DNA of 63,787 nt, filler included, from Choristocarpus tenellus KU-1152 (Eukaryota; Protista; Phaeophyceae): assembly GCA_964200185.2 (NCBI GenBank). It is 14 parts of 14 records of this genome, joined end to end, with 100 filler letters (N's around TTAATTAATTAA, not from the genome) between each part and the next. Parts side by side here need not be neighbours in the genome. Positions count along the whole stretch, not along the records: positions 36,375 to 41,295 come from CAXNAD020012530.1; positions 41,396 to 45,973 come from CAXNAD020013934.1; positions 46,074 to 49,256 come from CAXNAD020021712.1; positions 49,357 to 60,826 come from CAXNAD020002296.1; 10 more parts are not named here. One strand, given 5' to 3'. Positions 37,130 to 49,619 of this stretch are shown piece after piece. The notes under the pieces are model-generated. The model worked only from the letters and a program-made list of their open reading frames with translations, was not told the origin of the DNA and made no database searches. Each line of letters starts with the position of its first letter. Position 1 is the first letter of the stretch. The position numbers and the translations under genes were made by a program.

Positions 37130-40100
37130 CTTGTCCCGAATAGGGAAGAGATCCAAAGGAAATTATGAAGGTAGTGTAGATTAGGAGGCGTCAATATGGA
37201 GGGGTTGCGGAAAGGGTTAGTGGTGAAACAAGAATCAAGATGCAATCCCAGGTAGAGTACCAGATCTGATATCGAAAGGGAACTGCAAACAAGCAATATT
37301 CTTATTCTGCATTCCTTTGTATGAAGGCTTCTGCTCCAAAACAGAGCGTGAGGTACGTTATGATTTGGCAGGTAGATTGGGGTTTGGGACTTTGGAACCC
37401 AGTTTCGTGCTACATGAACTGGGCATATATGAAGAGAGTATTAAGACCTACAACCTCTGATCCATACCCACCACGTATGGCAGCTGATTTCCCCAACAGA
37501 TCGTTCATATTGCAGAAATATTAACCAGGCCTTCGTGCCTCATTCGATTCGGCCGATCAGGACATTGAAATCGGTCAGCCAGAGGGACTCGTCCTCTGCG
37601 ATTAATGCAGGGAGTAGATTTATGGATCCTCAGTAACTTTTCTCCACGCACCTCTTCATTGGAGGCGACTTTTTTTCACGCAGGTAGCCGTCGAAGGGCA
37701 AGGGCTTCCCTCGATCAAACGAAGGGGGTGGAAAGTTCCTGTTCCTCGCTCACCTTAAATAGAATGGATACGCTGCTGTACAAACCGGCACCCCCAAGCC
37801 CCAACCGAGAAGAAAAGGTGGGGGTCTGCCCTTGCGGTAGCGTTGCAATTGTAGCCATATCTCCGTCAGTCACCTTCCTCAACGGTCCTTGAACAACGAT
37901 GAATCCGAATTTAGGCGAAGATTGGTGTACCGCTGCAGGTACCCTCGCAACACAATGATGGGATCAAAGAAAGGATTCATCAAATATTGAAACACCAAAA
38001 TGTCCAGAAAAGCGAGTTATTCGCTACCTCCTATTAAGGACAAGAAAACGCGTCATTCCTCTGAAGGATCACACAACAATACGGTAGTGGTGAGTGTGGT
38101 ACAGGGGAATGTAATGGTTGGGTCAAGAGAGCCGATTCAATTTTAACAGCAACTAAATAATTAAAAAACAAAATCACTCTAACGTAAAACAAATTTTACC
38201 TCCTATAAAAAAAAGTTGTGCGTTTGTTTGATGATGGATGGTACACATTATTTCGATCAACGACCTTTAACCAGTCCCTCATGTATTCCATTTTGTCAAG
38301 TTTCTCACCAGACTATAGACTTTTTCACAGTCATTACAACACCATGTCTACCTCCCTGTGCCACCCTTGTCTCCAGTGAATGTATACAGAGTAGTAGGCA
38401 ACAAACCCATTCATTCCTTAAATTTTGTGCCAGCCACCTCACGTTGTCTCTTGAAGCCTGATGACGTCACACCCGATAGACGCAGCTCATAGGAAGAGTA
38501 GGATATCCGCTTGTCCTATGCCGTTTACCATGACGCAAATATTCCAAGTTTAGACTGTGACCCCCCTTTTCTGGAGTGGGTGGCAGCCTCCTGCACCTTA
38601 ACCCTAACCATTACGCTCCAAATCCAGGAGTGTCGGGTAAGATAAACCAGAACAATCTTGTGTGAGTGGGTGATGAGGATCACCATGATGATCATGGCCA
38701 TGATAGGAGCGAATGCAACTCATGTGTAGTAATTTGGTGGGAGAAAGATGCATGCACCCAAGGGAGCAATGGCCACCTATCAACGTACTTCTTGCAGCAT
38801 ATCCAAAGTGGGGCACTGTGTCAATGTGACCACATCATCAGCAGGGGGGTCTAGTCACTTCAAGTTGATACAGGTAGACTGAGTAGTGACGAGGAATCAT
38901 CAGGATTACATAATGTATTGTTGTTAGCATAGTAGCAGTGGTCCTATGTAGGCTATATTCTCAATGTTACATATTTTTTCCCCCCTTCCATGAAAGCATC
39001 TCCAAAATGTGATCGGGCGCAAAAATGAATATATAATTCCTTGTGTGCCGTAACACCACACACATACAGCACGTGCAATAGTAGTCTACTGATGTTTTTG
39101 TTTCATTTGGTTATATTATTATGCCCACCAACACTTCGCGGATATTATCATGGTCCATGATGGAAAGACTTTCTTGTACTTATCGCTAGCAGTGCATATT
39201 TGGAACTATTCGTCAGACCCCCAATACACTTCAACTCTAACTCCGGTTCAATAAATTCTTGCTGGACAATATGTAGTTACTCTCCTTCTACCTTTCTTTC
39301 CAGTCTAACGATCATTTGTTAAGCATTACTGAGGAAATGGTCCAATATGAGATTTTCTAGTAGAGGGTCCTGGCCTCTGATGTCTCTATCACAAATAAGG
39401 TTAAATCCCCTGTTGGTCACTTTCAAGGTTGAAATTACGCACAGACACCGAAGTTAAACGTTCATATTCTTAGACAGATAATCAAATTTTGCACAGGCAT
39501 ACATGGATCCCCCTCCCACACACTCCCCACCCCTTCAACCCAGGCACAGCCCCCGCTTTGCCGTTCCTCCTGGTGCAGTTGGAGCACCTACCTTCTACAC
39601 GGTGGAACTTCGTCTCTCCTCCCAAAGCCGAGACCACACCCCGCCCCCCTTGTGCCCATCTCCCTTCTGCTACTCAAGCTCTGTGGCTTCCTTTTTCGCC
39701 CTCAGCACAACCCCCGACAGGGATCACACAGGGATACCCCCCCTATTCTTACCTACTCGGGCTCCAGGAGAACAGTGGCTACTAACTGGCTGGGCTTCCC
39801 TCCTCTTTCTACCACCGAGCAGTCCCCCTTGTTACCCACTCACACCATTGGGGCCTGGAGAGCCCCATCCCGCCAGTTGAAAGTAGGCAGAAGTCCACTG
39901 TGGTTGTTCCAAGCGAAGCAAAGGAGTGCCGAAAAACAGGATCATCGCTTGACACCATCATTGCAACGAGTTCATCTGTGAGCGTGTGAAAATTCTATCG
40001 AGATAGGGTGTAACTCAACATGTTGGATTTGGAGGTTTATGTTCACAAAACAATCCAATTGCTGTCACAGCTGTGTACAAGATTATGCTTCACACTGCAC

Positions 40101-41771
40101 AAGACAGGGATTGCAAATTGTTCCTTTCCACTCAGCAGGCCAAGCCATTACAGACAGCACATGGATCTGAGGTTACGCATGTATCACCCATCTATTGCCT
40201 CCCCCCCCCTATTGGGATAAAGCACACAAGTCAAAACACTCGAAACAGTAAAGTACACACTCTGGAGTAGGACTGCACCTCAAGTCAACGACAAAAAGAA
40301 GAAACCCAAAGCACTCAACATGCACAATCGTAACAATTTATCAGTAGAAAGGTTCATAAAAAGAGGCCATGTCAAAACAACTAGTCCACCATGCACAGCC
40401 AAACCAGACTTTTCAAACACACTTCTGCCAGGACCTTAGGTCCAACCGAGCACGCGGATGGCATGCACTACACTTGACAAGCACGCCTTCGGAACAAACA
40501 AGAGCCAAGACCTCCCTGGGCATGGTCAGACTCGCCGCCACATGGAGACCATGCACACCCTTCCTAAGGTCCACACACAGGTACTTTCATACTTACAGCC
40601 AGATAGCAAGTGCACACAATACAATAACCCTCAGGATCTACCACAACATAAAATACAGGACTCAGATAACGGTTGCAACATCGAATGATACCGTGCACCC
40701 TCCGCAGGTCAGCTTCTGTCTCCCTCACCCTGCGACCTCGTCTAAAAATACTCCCCCCCCCCTCCACTCCCCTCCTCGAACAACCAACGCAACATTCAAC
40801 GCAGTGGATCAATCGATTTCGGAAAAAAACAAAGACGTAAAAGTCCTCCAGCTCTCTGCCATGATCAGCGGGAGGAGGCGAGACTGGGGGACAAGGGAGC
40901 GAGAGAGAGAGTGAGAGATCCCACGGCGCCCACGGCATCGGGCGCACACCACTCTCTGTTCCTCCAGCAAGGCAGCCGAGAGCTTTCTTGTTTGTTTTGA
41001 TAAGTCCTGGTGGCGTGATCTTCATTCAAGCCGACGGAGATATTGAGAGGGGCGGCAGTCGCTGCTCGACGTGCTCGATGCTGGAAATAGTGAAACAAAA
41101 ACCGCCTTAAGAAATACAATGAAACGGGAAGGCGTTGTCCAGCCCCTATCACGGTCAAACCCTGCTACCTAGCGTAGGTCTCGTAAGTGCTCTCTGCACT
41201 GTCGATGTACTCCGAAATGGCCTTCAAACAAAAACAAAAAAACACCACACACCGTTGGCAGGCAAGCGGAGGGGGGGGGGGCAATTGTGGGGATGNNNNN
41301 NNNNNNNNNNNNNNNNNNNNNNNNNNNNNNNNNNNNNNNTTAATTAATTAANNNNNNNNNNNNNNNNNNNNNNNNNNNNNNNNNNNNNNNNNNNNTCTCT
41401 TTACTTCCTTTGGTGCTAGCAGTGTGCATGGTACAATATTTTTGTGTAAGGTCTCACCAGATCATGCTCCCCCCCCCCCCCCCACCCACCCACCCACCCA
41501 CCCAGCACTTATTCACTATGCGCAAAATAAAATAAAACCGAATGCCACATGCCCCACACAGACTGTACAAGATGGAGCCTTCCAACACCTGGTGGGGCAA
41601 CCACCCACAGACCAGGGCTCCAAAAGATGGCGCAATTGCCGCGGAGCAGCAATGCAGATAGTACTGTAGCCTACAACACCCCCTTCCCAAAAACCAAGCA
41701 TGCGTGCAGAAAGCCATGCATGCTGTACCACTTTAATACACCTTCCCGCCCACTCACACCACAAAGCACAA

Positions 41772-42779
41772 TCAAGGCCTCTTCTTGGTTGCTTTGTTGA
41801 TAAGCTTCTTGTGGATGTGTGGAATGACACCACCACCTGCAATTGTGGCCTTGATCAGTGTGTCTAGCTCCTCATCACCGCGAATGGCCAGTTGCAAGTG
41901 GCGCGGTGTGATACGCTTCACCTTAAGATCCTTGCAGGCATTCCCCGCCAGCTCAAGAACCTCGGCAGTCAAGTACTCTAGAATTGCTGCCGTGTACACC
42001 GCAGACGTGGCTCCCACACGTTGGTGCGAGTGCACCCGCGACTTAAGGAATCGGTGGATACGTCCCACTGGGAACTGAAGTCCAGCTTTCGACGACCGAG
42101 ATTGCGGTGCCTTCTTCAATGTCGGCGCCTTCCCGCCCTTACCACCCTTACCCCCCTTGCCTCCTTTTCCAGACTGGTAGGATTCGAAAAGGGGACGAGA
42201 GAAACGGAATTTAGAAAGACACGACGAAAATGAATAGTATTGTGAACAAAACGACCGTAACACAAGCCTAGTCTGAAGAGTACAACTAAAGGTTGCCAAG
42301 GGTGGGTAGCCATGCACTTATTGACCTCCCACGAAATAAAGGACAAGATCGAAATTTTAAAATGTGTGTCTCTTCTTCTGTATTGCCGTCTATCCTTAGC
42401 AAGATTTGCACACAACAATAGTGTACTGGTCAGAACTATGTTCAATTGGCCAATCGGCGATACATAGCATCAGCCTCGGCAACAAGGGGGGCGAGAGCGA
42501 TTTCGAAAAATGAATACAACGGTCAAGGTGGATTTGACGCTTGCAGTTGTCGTAGAGGTGCCCTATCAATGAAATGAGATTCTAAAATGCGCCGCATACG
42601 AACAAATATTTTCTCTCAGTAGATCGCATTGGCGAGGTGCATGCAGGATGCTCTTGACCTCTGCATCAGGTAATGATACTGATGAGGTCCCAATAGGCAC
42701 CTACCAACATGAGTGACACAAGTTCGTCAATATATCGAACGTAAAAAAAAGAGAAGCAAACATGGAGAAGACTTACCAT
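41772..42779 (-). CDS. H2A.Z: Histone H2A.Z; exon 1 = ATG only (42777-42779), exon 2 = 41772-42173
   Basis: [20 protein letters not shown]...RVGATSAVY...[47 protein letters not shown] is diagnostic of H2A.Z; ATG|gtaagt donor and taccag|TCT acceptor. Confidence 0.97.
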
Positions 42780-43279
42780 ATCGTGTACAAGCTCTAAGGT
42801 TGTCGAGGTCCGCTAGGCTGAAAAAGGGATTTCAAACAACTTCTTGTGCCCTCACCCCCTGTTCACCCCACACAAAACACAACAAATGTGAACCTACCCA
42901 CAATAACTTCAGTAAGGGACGTACATCCATATATTAGTCAAATGTAACGTGAGTGTAAGTTCTACTGGTTCGATGTTCCTCCCAAAAGTCTCCAAGTATA
43001 CCATTGGTTAAAAGTAGGTTGACCAATCCTAGAAGTCAAAAGAAGCAATATATTACCATTCATATGCAAATTAGAGATGTATATCAGTACGGAAATTTCA
43101 AATCTTATTTAACCTGTTTTAAATTGTGCCAACTTATCTCAAGTTCATTAAAAAAAAAACTGGAACTGAGTAAGAATTTTTTAGGGGAAACATTGTTTGT
43201 TACATATAATGAATGTGATTCTATCAAAATGACTAGCATGATTTGTTTCCCTTCCAATGCGTTCAGTCATCCCACTGCT

Positions 43280-45500
43280 CTTCGATCTACGTCCCCTCTT
43301 TTCGAATCTTGTGCTGGATCGCACATTATCCGTCCGTGTTTCTTCTGGTCAATTGGTACAGGTTAACAATGAAGTCTCGATACCTCATTTTATCATTATG
43401 GATTTCCCGATCTTTTTGTATTATTATTGTGATTGACACGATAGTGGAAGGTATATTATCTTCATAGATAGGTGGCCATGTGGACTTTTGGATCCTCGAA
43501 TTCAGACTACCTTGAAGCGATTGTCTGGCGTGGAGGGGTCTCAACCCCCCGAGATCTATAACAGCAGATTTCAAAAATTGAGGATGGAGCTTTTCATTGA
43601 GGATGGGCTTGACCCAAAATTGACTGGGATAGAGTGTCGATATGTTTTTTTTTGTATTGACGTAAGCTCCATCCTCAATTATTGAAATCGGCTGTTCTAT
43701 GAAGGAAATGCTGAAACCTGAAATTGAATGATGCGAAGGGAATCGTGTGAGGCTCGTAACCTGTTAAACCTGAAATTAAATTGGTCGTGCTTCCTTGTGC
43801 AGTGACAGGTTGGTAGAGAGAGGGTGCATAGTGCAATGAAGCACCAATGAATTCGTTCTGATGAACCTTGTGACATGTTCATAGTTAGAATGTTCTTTGC
43901 AGTAAAGTTGTGGGTATCCCTTGAGACACTCAAAGAAAGAGATACAACATGCTCTAAGTAAGAGACTTGACAACTTGTGAAGAAGGGTTTCAGCGAATGT
44001 TTTAACTCTGAATGTATTGCATCCAGTTATGTGTCAGGTGGACTTAGTGTAGAGTGAACCCATAGTCTAAGTTAGGGCAAAGCAAACCAGAAAAAAAAAT
44101 AATAATAACCAATACACGAGACACATCTGATGATTCTGATGGGAAGATCAAAAAAGACCAAGAAACAAACTTGAATCAAAAACTCATATTACATAGTATG
44201 CGCTTGTATGTTTGACAGGAGATGTTGACTGTTCCATACTTCCTATGCGCCAGAATGCTAACAGTAGTGGAATATGCTATGATGAAGTGCTGATAATCGA
44301 AATGTAAGTAACGACCAGTACCGTTGTGCAAATCGACAGTCAGTATGAACTGGTAATCTTGTATCGTATCAAGTACACAAAACATATATAATTTCACAAG
44401 GAAATACGTTGCAATTAACACCAAGCAAGAAGAGGAGTTCTATGACAATCCCAAAACGTGTTCAGTTCCATACACACTTCAAACCTACTTCTTCAGTGTC
44501 CTTGCCGCTTAGTGGTGATCCACCAACGCTTTGCCAAACGAACGATTGGATGGGTTCAAACCCACTCGAGGTCAAAAAAAAAATCCAGGGGAATTCGATT
44601 TCGTTCGATGGATATCATGTGACAATCACAATGGAACCGTGTACCTGAAACTCAAGAATGTTGACTAATCATGTAAAAAAATGTGGCAAAAACCTATAAA
44701 TCGTAGTGGCAAGGTGTCATTACGCTGCTAGGCGGCAACGTTTCGAGGCAGGAGGCAAAGAGATGACTGGTTGGGATGCCCAACGCATAAAGAAAAGTGC
44801 TAGGCATGTGTAGGCCAGTGCGAAACAGTTACATTATAAAACATACTTAATGAGAAGGGTACTACAGTTGTATGTCGGGGATAGCTAAGTAGGTTCGAGG
44901 TAGGTCCCTAGTCCCAGAAAAAAGTGAAGGTGGCAACAATAACCTAGTGACTTCACCTGTTGTCTGTTTGTTGCATAATAACTACGACCACTTCCAGTGC
45001 CTTTATTCATGCCTTGCTTATCGCTCATAGCTTCGGCCAACCCATCGTAGGTTGCTTAGATTTCTACCTCGAAGTTTGTGTCGAATAACCTAGTATTATG
45101 CACTAAGCTTTTCAACAGCTTGTGCTGAACGCACTTGGCGTTGCTTCACATTGGAACCTTGCTACCTCGATTGGAACTCCCGCATTTTTCTGATATCTCA
45201 ACCATTGTACAGATGATGTAAAAACTTTAGTGCTTAACTCTCATGAACTTTGGATCTACTGCCAGATTTCTTTGAAATAAGGGAGTCTGGCGTGGAGGAG
45301 CACGGACCTGCAAAAATCAATGTAGAGAACATCATACATTTTATCACTGACTGGTCTGCGATAACACTCTAGCCCCCAGCCACGACAGTATATTTCCAGT
45401 AAAGTTGCGTGACAAAGTTTATTTGTGCTCGAGGTATTTTACTGAATTTATAGTGCAAAAGGCAATATATAATCCTCATTCGTAAAATGTACCACTCATG
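43280..45500 (+). mobile_element. Decayed Gypsy-like protease/RT remnant interrupted by a MITE
   Basis: DRTLSVRVSSGQLVQVNNEVSI (retropepsin flap-like, ~43320) then DWMGSNPLEVKKKIQGNSISFDGY (~44545-44615; cf. SPWASP..VKKKDG..R...DY). Confidence 0.3.
43560..43696 (+). mobile_element. MITE family A, copy 2 (33-bp TIR; TSD CTAT)
   Basis: AACAGCAGATTTCAAAAATTGAGGATGGAGCTT ... AAGCTCCATCCTCAATTATTGAAATCGGCTGTT, with CTAT on both flanks. Confidence 0.92.
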
Positions 45501-46460
45501 ACAGGTGCGTGAGGTCAATGGGGATATTCCTCGTGCACTGCACAAAAAAATCTTCAGTGGGTAATAGCAAGGGTTAGGACAAGCAACGTGGTTGAAGTCC
45601 GTCTTTAAGCCTGCCTTCGGTACTAGAGTCGTTTGTTTCTGGCTCTGATGAAATAATTAGCTTGTTTCTATATTCTAGTGGTTTCGATGGCTATGGGAGT
45701 GTCTTTGCATCACGCTTCCTTCCTCCCATATCCTTGCTTACTCACTTGACTAATGATGTCTCTCCTACATTATCTAATACCGGGTAAGCCAATAATGACG
45801 TGAGTGTCATCACGCATCAGACTTCTGGACTGTCGTTTATCTCTCATCGTAATGAAGCAGTACTCTAGTCTACAACTGCAGAGTCTTGTCACATGTTAAA
45901 GTATCCCCAAAACCATCAAAGAGGATAAAGGTGATAAACCCAGCGAGATTGCTTGTTGTCTGTAGAGTGATTGNNNNNNNNNNNNNNNNNNNNNNNNNNN
46001 NNNNNNNNNNNNNNNNNTTAATTAATTAANNNNNNNNNNNNNNNNNNNNNNNNNNNNNNNNNNNNNNNNNNNNTTGTTATTTTCAATTTCTTTTTTCCCC
46101 CCCCCCATCCCCCCCCCCCCCCCCACCGTTTCCCCCCTTTCCCCCCTTTCCCTCTCTTCTTTTCAATTTACCTGTAGTAATGATTGAAGGAAATCAAATC
46201 CTTTTATTTTGTTAGGGTTAGGGTTAGGGTTAGGGTTCTTTTATTGGCGAATGAACCTCTTTCCTTTTGTTGATTTTTTTAATTTTTTGAAAAGGAAAAA
46301 AATGATGTGGTGGTTAAAGGTCGGTATCGTATGTGTTACGTAACGTGGTGAAATTCTCTACCCTCACACTTTACCCTAACCCTATCTTCCTATCTACCCA
46401 GCAAGGAGTGTGACTTCATTTGGGGGGTATGGACCCTACAATGGCATACCCTCTAGTTTT

Positions 46461-46546
46461 GCGTCTAGAAACTGCGTGCGTACCCTCTATTCGTGCGTCT
46501 AGAAACTGCGTGCGTACCCTCTCGTCGCGCGTCTAGAACTGCGTGC
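46461..46546 (+). repeat. Tandem repeat, ~3 x 33 bp
   Basis: GCGTCTAGAAACTGCGTGCGTACCCTCT units. Confidence 0.85.
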
Positions 46547-46662
46547 ATAAAAAAGAGGTCGTTGTGAATTGGCAAATAGAAAAGAAAAAAAAGAAAAAAA
46601 TTCTGCCATGAGGTAGTAGTGATAAACTAGTAATAGTGACGATCATGGTAGTTGGTCCTTGT

Positions 46663-46900
46663 GTGTCAATGGGAAGGCTGATTTGGCACATTTCACCCAA
46701 TAGGATGTGTGGATCATTTTTGTGTACCAATGGGATGGGCGATTCTACATATTTCATCCAATAGGATGTGCGGATCATTTTTGTGTACCAATGGGATGGC
46801 CAATTCACATTTCACCCAATAGGATATGTGTATTTCTTTGTGTACCAATGGGATGGGCGATTCTACATATTTCATCCAATGGGATGTGCGGATCATTTTT
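46663..46900 (+). repeat. Tandem repeat, ~4 x 60 bp
   Basis: ATTTCA(C/T)CCAATAGGATGTG recurs at 46690, 46751, 46809 and 46869. Confidence 0.92.
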
Positions 46901-46922
46901 TCCATCCTCTACGGGTTACCTT

Positions 46923-47056
46923 TGTTTTTTATATTCACTATTGTTTGATAATAACTCTTATTGACTGTTTTTATATTCACTGTTGTTTGATAATAACTCT
47001 TATTTACTGTTTTTATATTCACTATTGTTTGATAATAACTCTTATTGACTGTTTTT
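46923..47056 (+). repeat. Tandem repeat, 3 x 42 bp
   Basis: TGTTTTTATATTCACTATTGTTTGATAATAACTCTTATTGAC units. Confidence 0.92.
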
Positions 47057-47238
47057 GTCTTTCAAATAAAAAAATGATACTCCTGTTCTTTCTTGTGCCC
47101 TATAGTAGCACTATTGTTTTGTATTGAGCAGTCCGGATTCTGGTGGTTGTATGATTGTGACCAATTGATAAGTAGAGGTTAGTATTGCTACACAATAATT
47201 ACGTTATCTTGACAGTTACGAAGATTCCACTTTGCTCC

Positions 47239-47720
47239 CAATTTTTAAATATGTAAAAAAAAAGAAGAGATTAAAAGGTTATATCTTACTTATTCGAGTC
47301 ATTTGTTGAATCGAAGAAGCACAGAATAATTAGTTCTGATGGTAGAATAGTAAAACCAATCATTCGGAACAGTTGTAACAAATTGTACAAAACACTTCTC
47401 ATTTTTAAAATATTAAAAAAAAAGATGAAAAATAATGTTCTACTTATTCATTTGATAGTTTTGTATTAACGTGGAAGTATGCAAGAAGTGCAGAATAATT
47501 CATTCTGATATTAGAATAACAAAACCAATAATTCGGAACAATTGTAACAAATTGTACCAAGCACTTCTCAATTTTAAATTATGTACAAAAAAGATGAAAA
47601 ATAATATTCTACTTCATTTGATAATTTTGTATTGATGTGGAAGTATGCAAGCACAGAATAATTAATATCGATAGTAGAATAATAAAACAAATAATTCGGA
47701 ACACTTGTTACAATCTTCAC
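47239..47720 (+). repeat. Diverged tandem repeat, 3 x ~165 bp, AT-rich
   Basis: CAGAATAATT...AGAATA..AAAAC...ATTCGGAACA block recurs three times; unit starts near 47239, 47400 and 47569. Confidence 0.85.
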
Positions 47721-47911
47721 AAAAAAACTTAGTTGCTTTTGTTGCGACCTGTGGGCGCCCTGTTTGTATTTCGATCCCCATTCCCCCTCTTCCATGACAG
47801 ACAGCTGCCCGTGGCCCTTATATAGTCTACTCCCAAGCTACATTATTGTGTGTATTGTGATAGTTTAGAACCCTTCAACTTGTACCGATAACGACTTTGT
47901 CCTGTTGCTAC

Positions 47912-47971
<60 letters not shown>

Positions 47972-48294
47972 TCCCTTCTTTCGTTTTCCCTCCCTCTCTT
48001 CTCTCCTCATTCTCTGTTGTTTTTCTTTGTCGGGGGGGGNNNNNNNNNNCCCAACTCATTTTTTTTTTTTTTGTTTTTTTTTTTTAACCCCCCCCCCTTT
48101 GCCCTAACACCCTTTTTCCTCTTTTCCTCCCCCCCCCCCCCCCCCCCCCCCGCGTTGATAGGCCTTTCCTGATACACCGTGGATTTTTGTCTACCGAGAC
48201 CCTGTGCCTGTGCTTATGTCTCTTCTTGGATTCAGGGGAGGACAGGTAAGAGGAATTTTTGGCAGTGTGTGCATGGAGTGACTAGTGGCAGTCA

Positions 48295-48600
48295 AATGTG
48301 GTGGAAAGTTATGTTATTTTAAATTTGTTTTTTTTTAATGTGGTGGAAAGTTGTGTTATTTTAAATATTGTTATTTTAAATGTGATGGAACGTTGTGTGT
48401 ATGTTTTGTTATTTTAAATATGGCTATTTTAAATGTGGTGGAAAGTTGTGTTATTTAAATATTGTTATTTTAAATGTGATGGAAAGTTGTGTGTATGTTT
48501 TGTTATTTTAAATATGACTATTTTAAATGTGGTGGAAAATTGTGTTATTTTAAATATTGTTATTTTAAATGTGGTGGAAAGTTGTGTGTATGTTTTGTTT
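48295..48600 (+). repeat. Higher-order AT-rich minisatellite
   Basis: AAATGTGGTGGAAAGTTGTG and TTATTTTAAATATTG subunits alternate. Confidence 0.9.
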
Positions 48601-48660
48601 TTTTTAGTGGTCACAGGTCTTTTTTTGAACAAGTTCCTCTCCAGAGGTGAGTCAGGGCTC

Positions 48661-48810
48661 AGATCATGATTTGAAAGATGATGACTTCAAAGATCACAAT
48701 TTGAAAGGTCGCGAATTGGAAGATCACTTCTTGGAAGATCATGATTTGAAATTTTATGATTTGATAGATGATGACTTGAGAGATCACGATTTGAAATATT
48801 ACGTTTTGAA
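48661..48810 (+). repeat. 15-bp minisatellite x10
   Basis: Consensus AGATCATGATTTGAA; exact 15-nt period with no indels. Confidence 0.85.
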
Positions 48811-48998
48811 AGAGAAATGACTGGAAAGATCCACATCAACACTATTCAGGGCATTGGTGGTCGTTTCTACAAATTGAACATTTCTTCTGCATGTTTGTTA
48901 TCAATGATCCAGTTCGTTCAGCAGTTAGAGGAAAAATTGTCACTAATGCACTCACCAAGTCTTGAAAAAGCAACTAATACACTCTCCACTGTGAATTC

Positions 48999-49256
48999 TG
49001 TGCAATATAGACTAGTAGTCTATATGGTTTATAGTGTAATAGTGAATGAAGTAATGTAACTTGAACTTACAAGCGACTGACGTAGTGTAACCGTCACAAA
49101 CATGTTTAAACATATCTCTGACGTGTTTGATGACGAATGAATTGGATATAACAAGGGAGAGCACCACCCCCCCACCTTGAGGATAGTGCTCACTCCACTA
49201 ATAAACATATCCATACCACACAAAGCAAAATACTCTAATTGAGTAGCTCTCTTTTG
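48999..49256 (-). repeat. Dispersed solo-LTR-like repeat, copy 2 (truncated at contig end)
   Basis: Reverse complement of 17664-17949, lacking the internal duplication. Confidence 0.8.
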
Positions 49257-49356
49257 NNNNNNNNNNNNNNNNNNNNNNNNNNNNNNNNNNNNNNNNNNNN
49301 TTAATTAATTAANNNNNNNNNNNNNNNNNNNNNNNNNNNNNNNNNNNNNNNNNNNN

Positions 49357-49425
49357 TTTCCTCCTTTTGTCCCAAATGGACACCCTGGGGTAGCCCCCCC
49401 CCCCCCCCCTCAGATACTTTTGGTC
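49357..49425 (+). repeat. Poly(C)-CAGATACTTT repeat terminus
   Basis: TTTTGTCCCAAATGGACACCCTGGGGTAG-C(n)-TCAGATACTTTTGGTC. Confidence 0.8.
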
Positions 49426-49619
49426 ATATTTGAGGAAGTATTAGGAAGCCACTTCCTATTTTATAATCATGAATGAATTCATAGTTGGTGAATGTGAATA
49501 TATCTCATTAATTCATATATAGCAACAGATATTTTAATCGAGTGAATGTGGGCAAGATGGAAGAAAACAAGTTATTCTGTGCTTTCGGATAAGGATATGA
49601 AATAAACAAGTTATGATCA

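Noticed and set aside
42174-42317. N-terminal extension of H2A.Z shown in the ORF track
   Set aside because: Intron sequence; the start is the isolated ATG at 42777-42779 followed by a gtaagt donor.
42679-42710. Hammerhead ribozyme core (CTGATGA-GGTCC...) in the H2A.Z intron; similar at 38458
   Set aside because: No GAAA after the putative stem II and no stems I/III.
47865-48172. Poly-Pro/poly-Gly ORFs (also near 15200, 24070, 26300, 34270)
   Set aside because: Translations of C/G homopolymer tracts and N gaps at low-quality contig edges.
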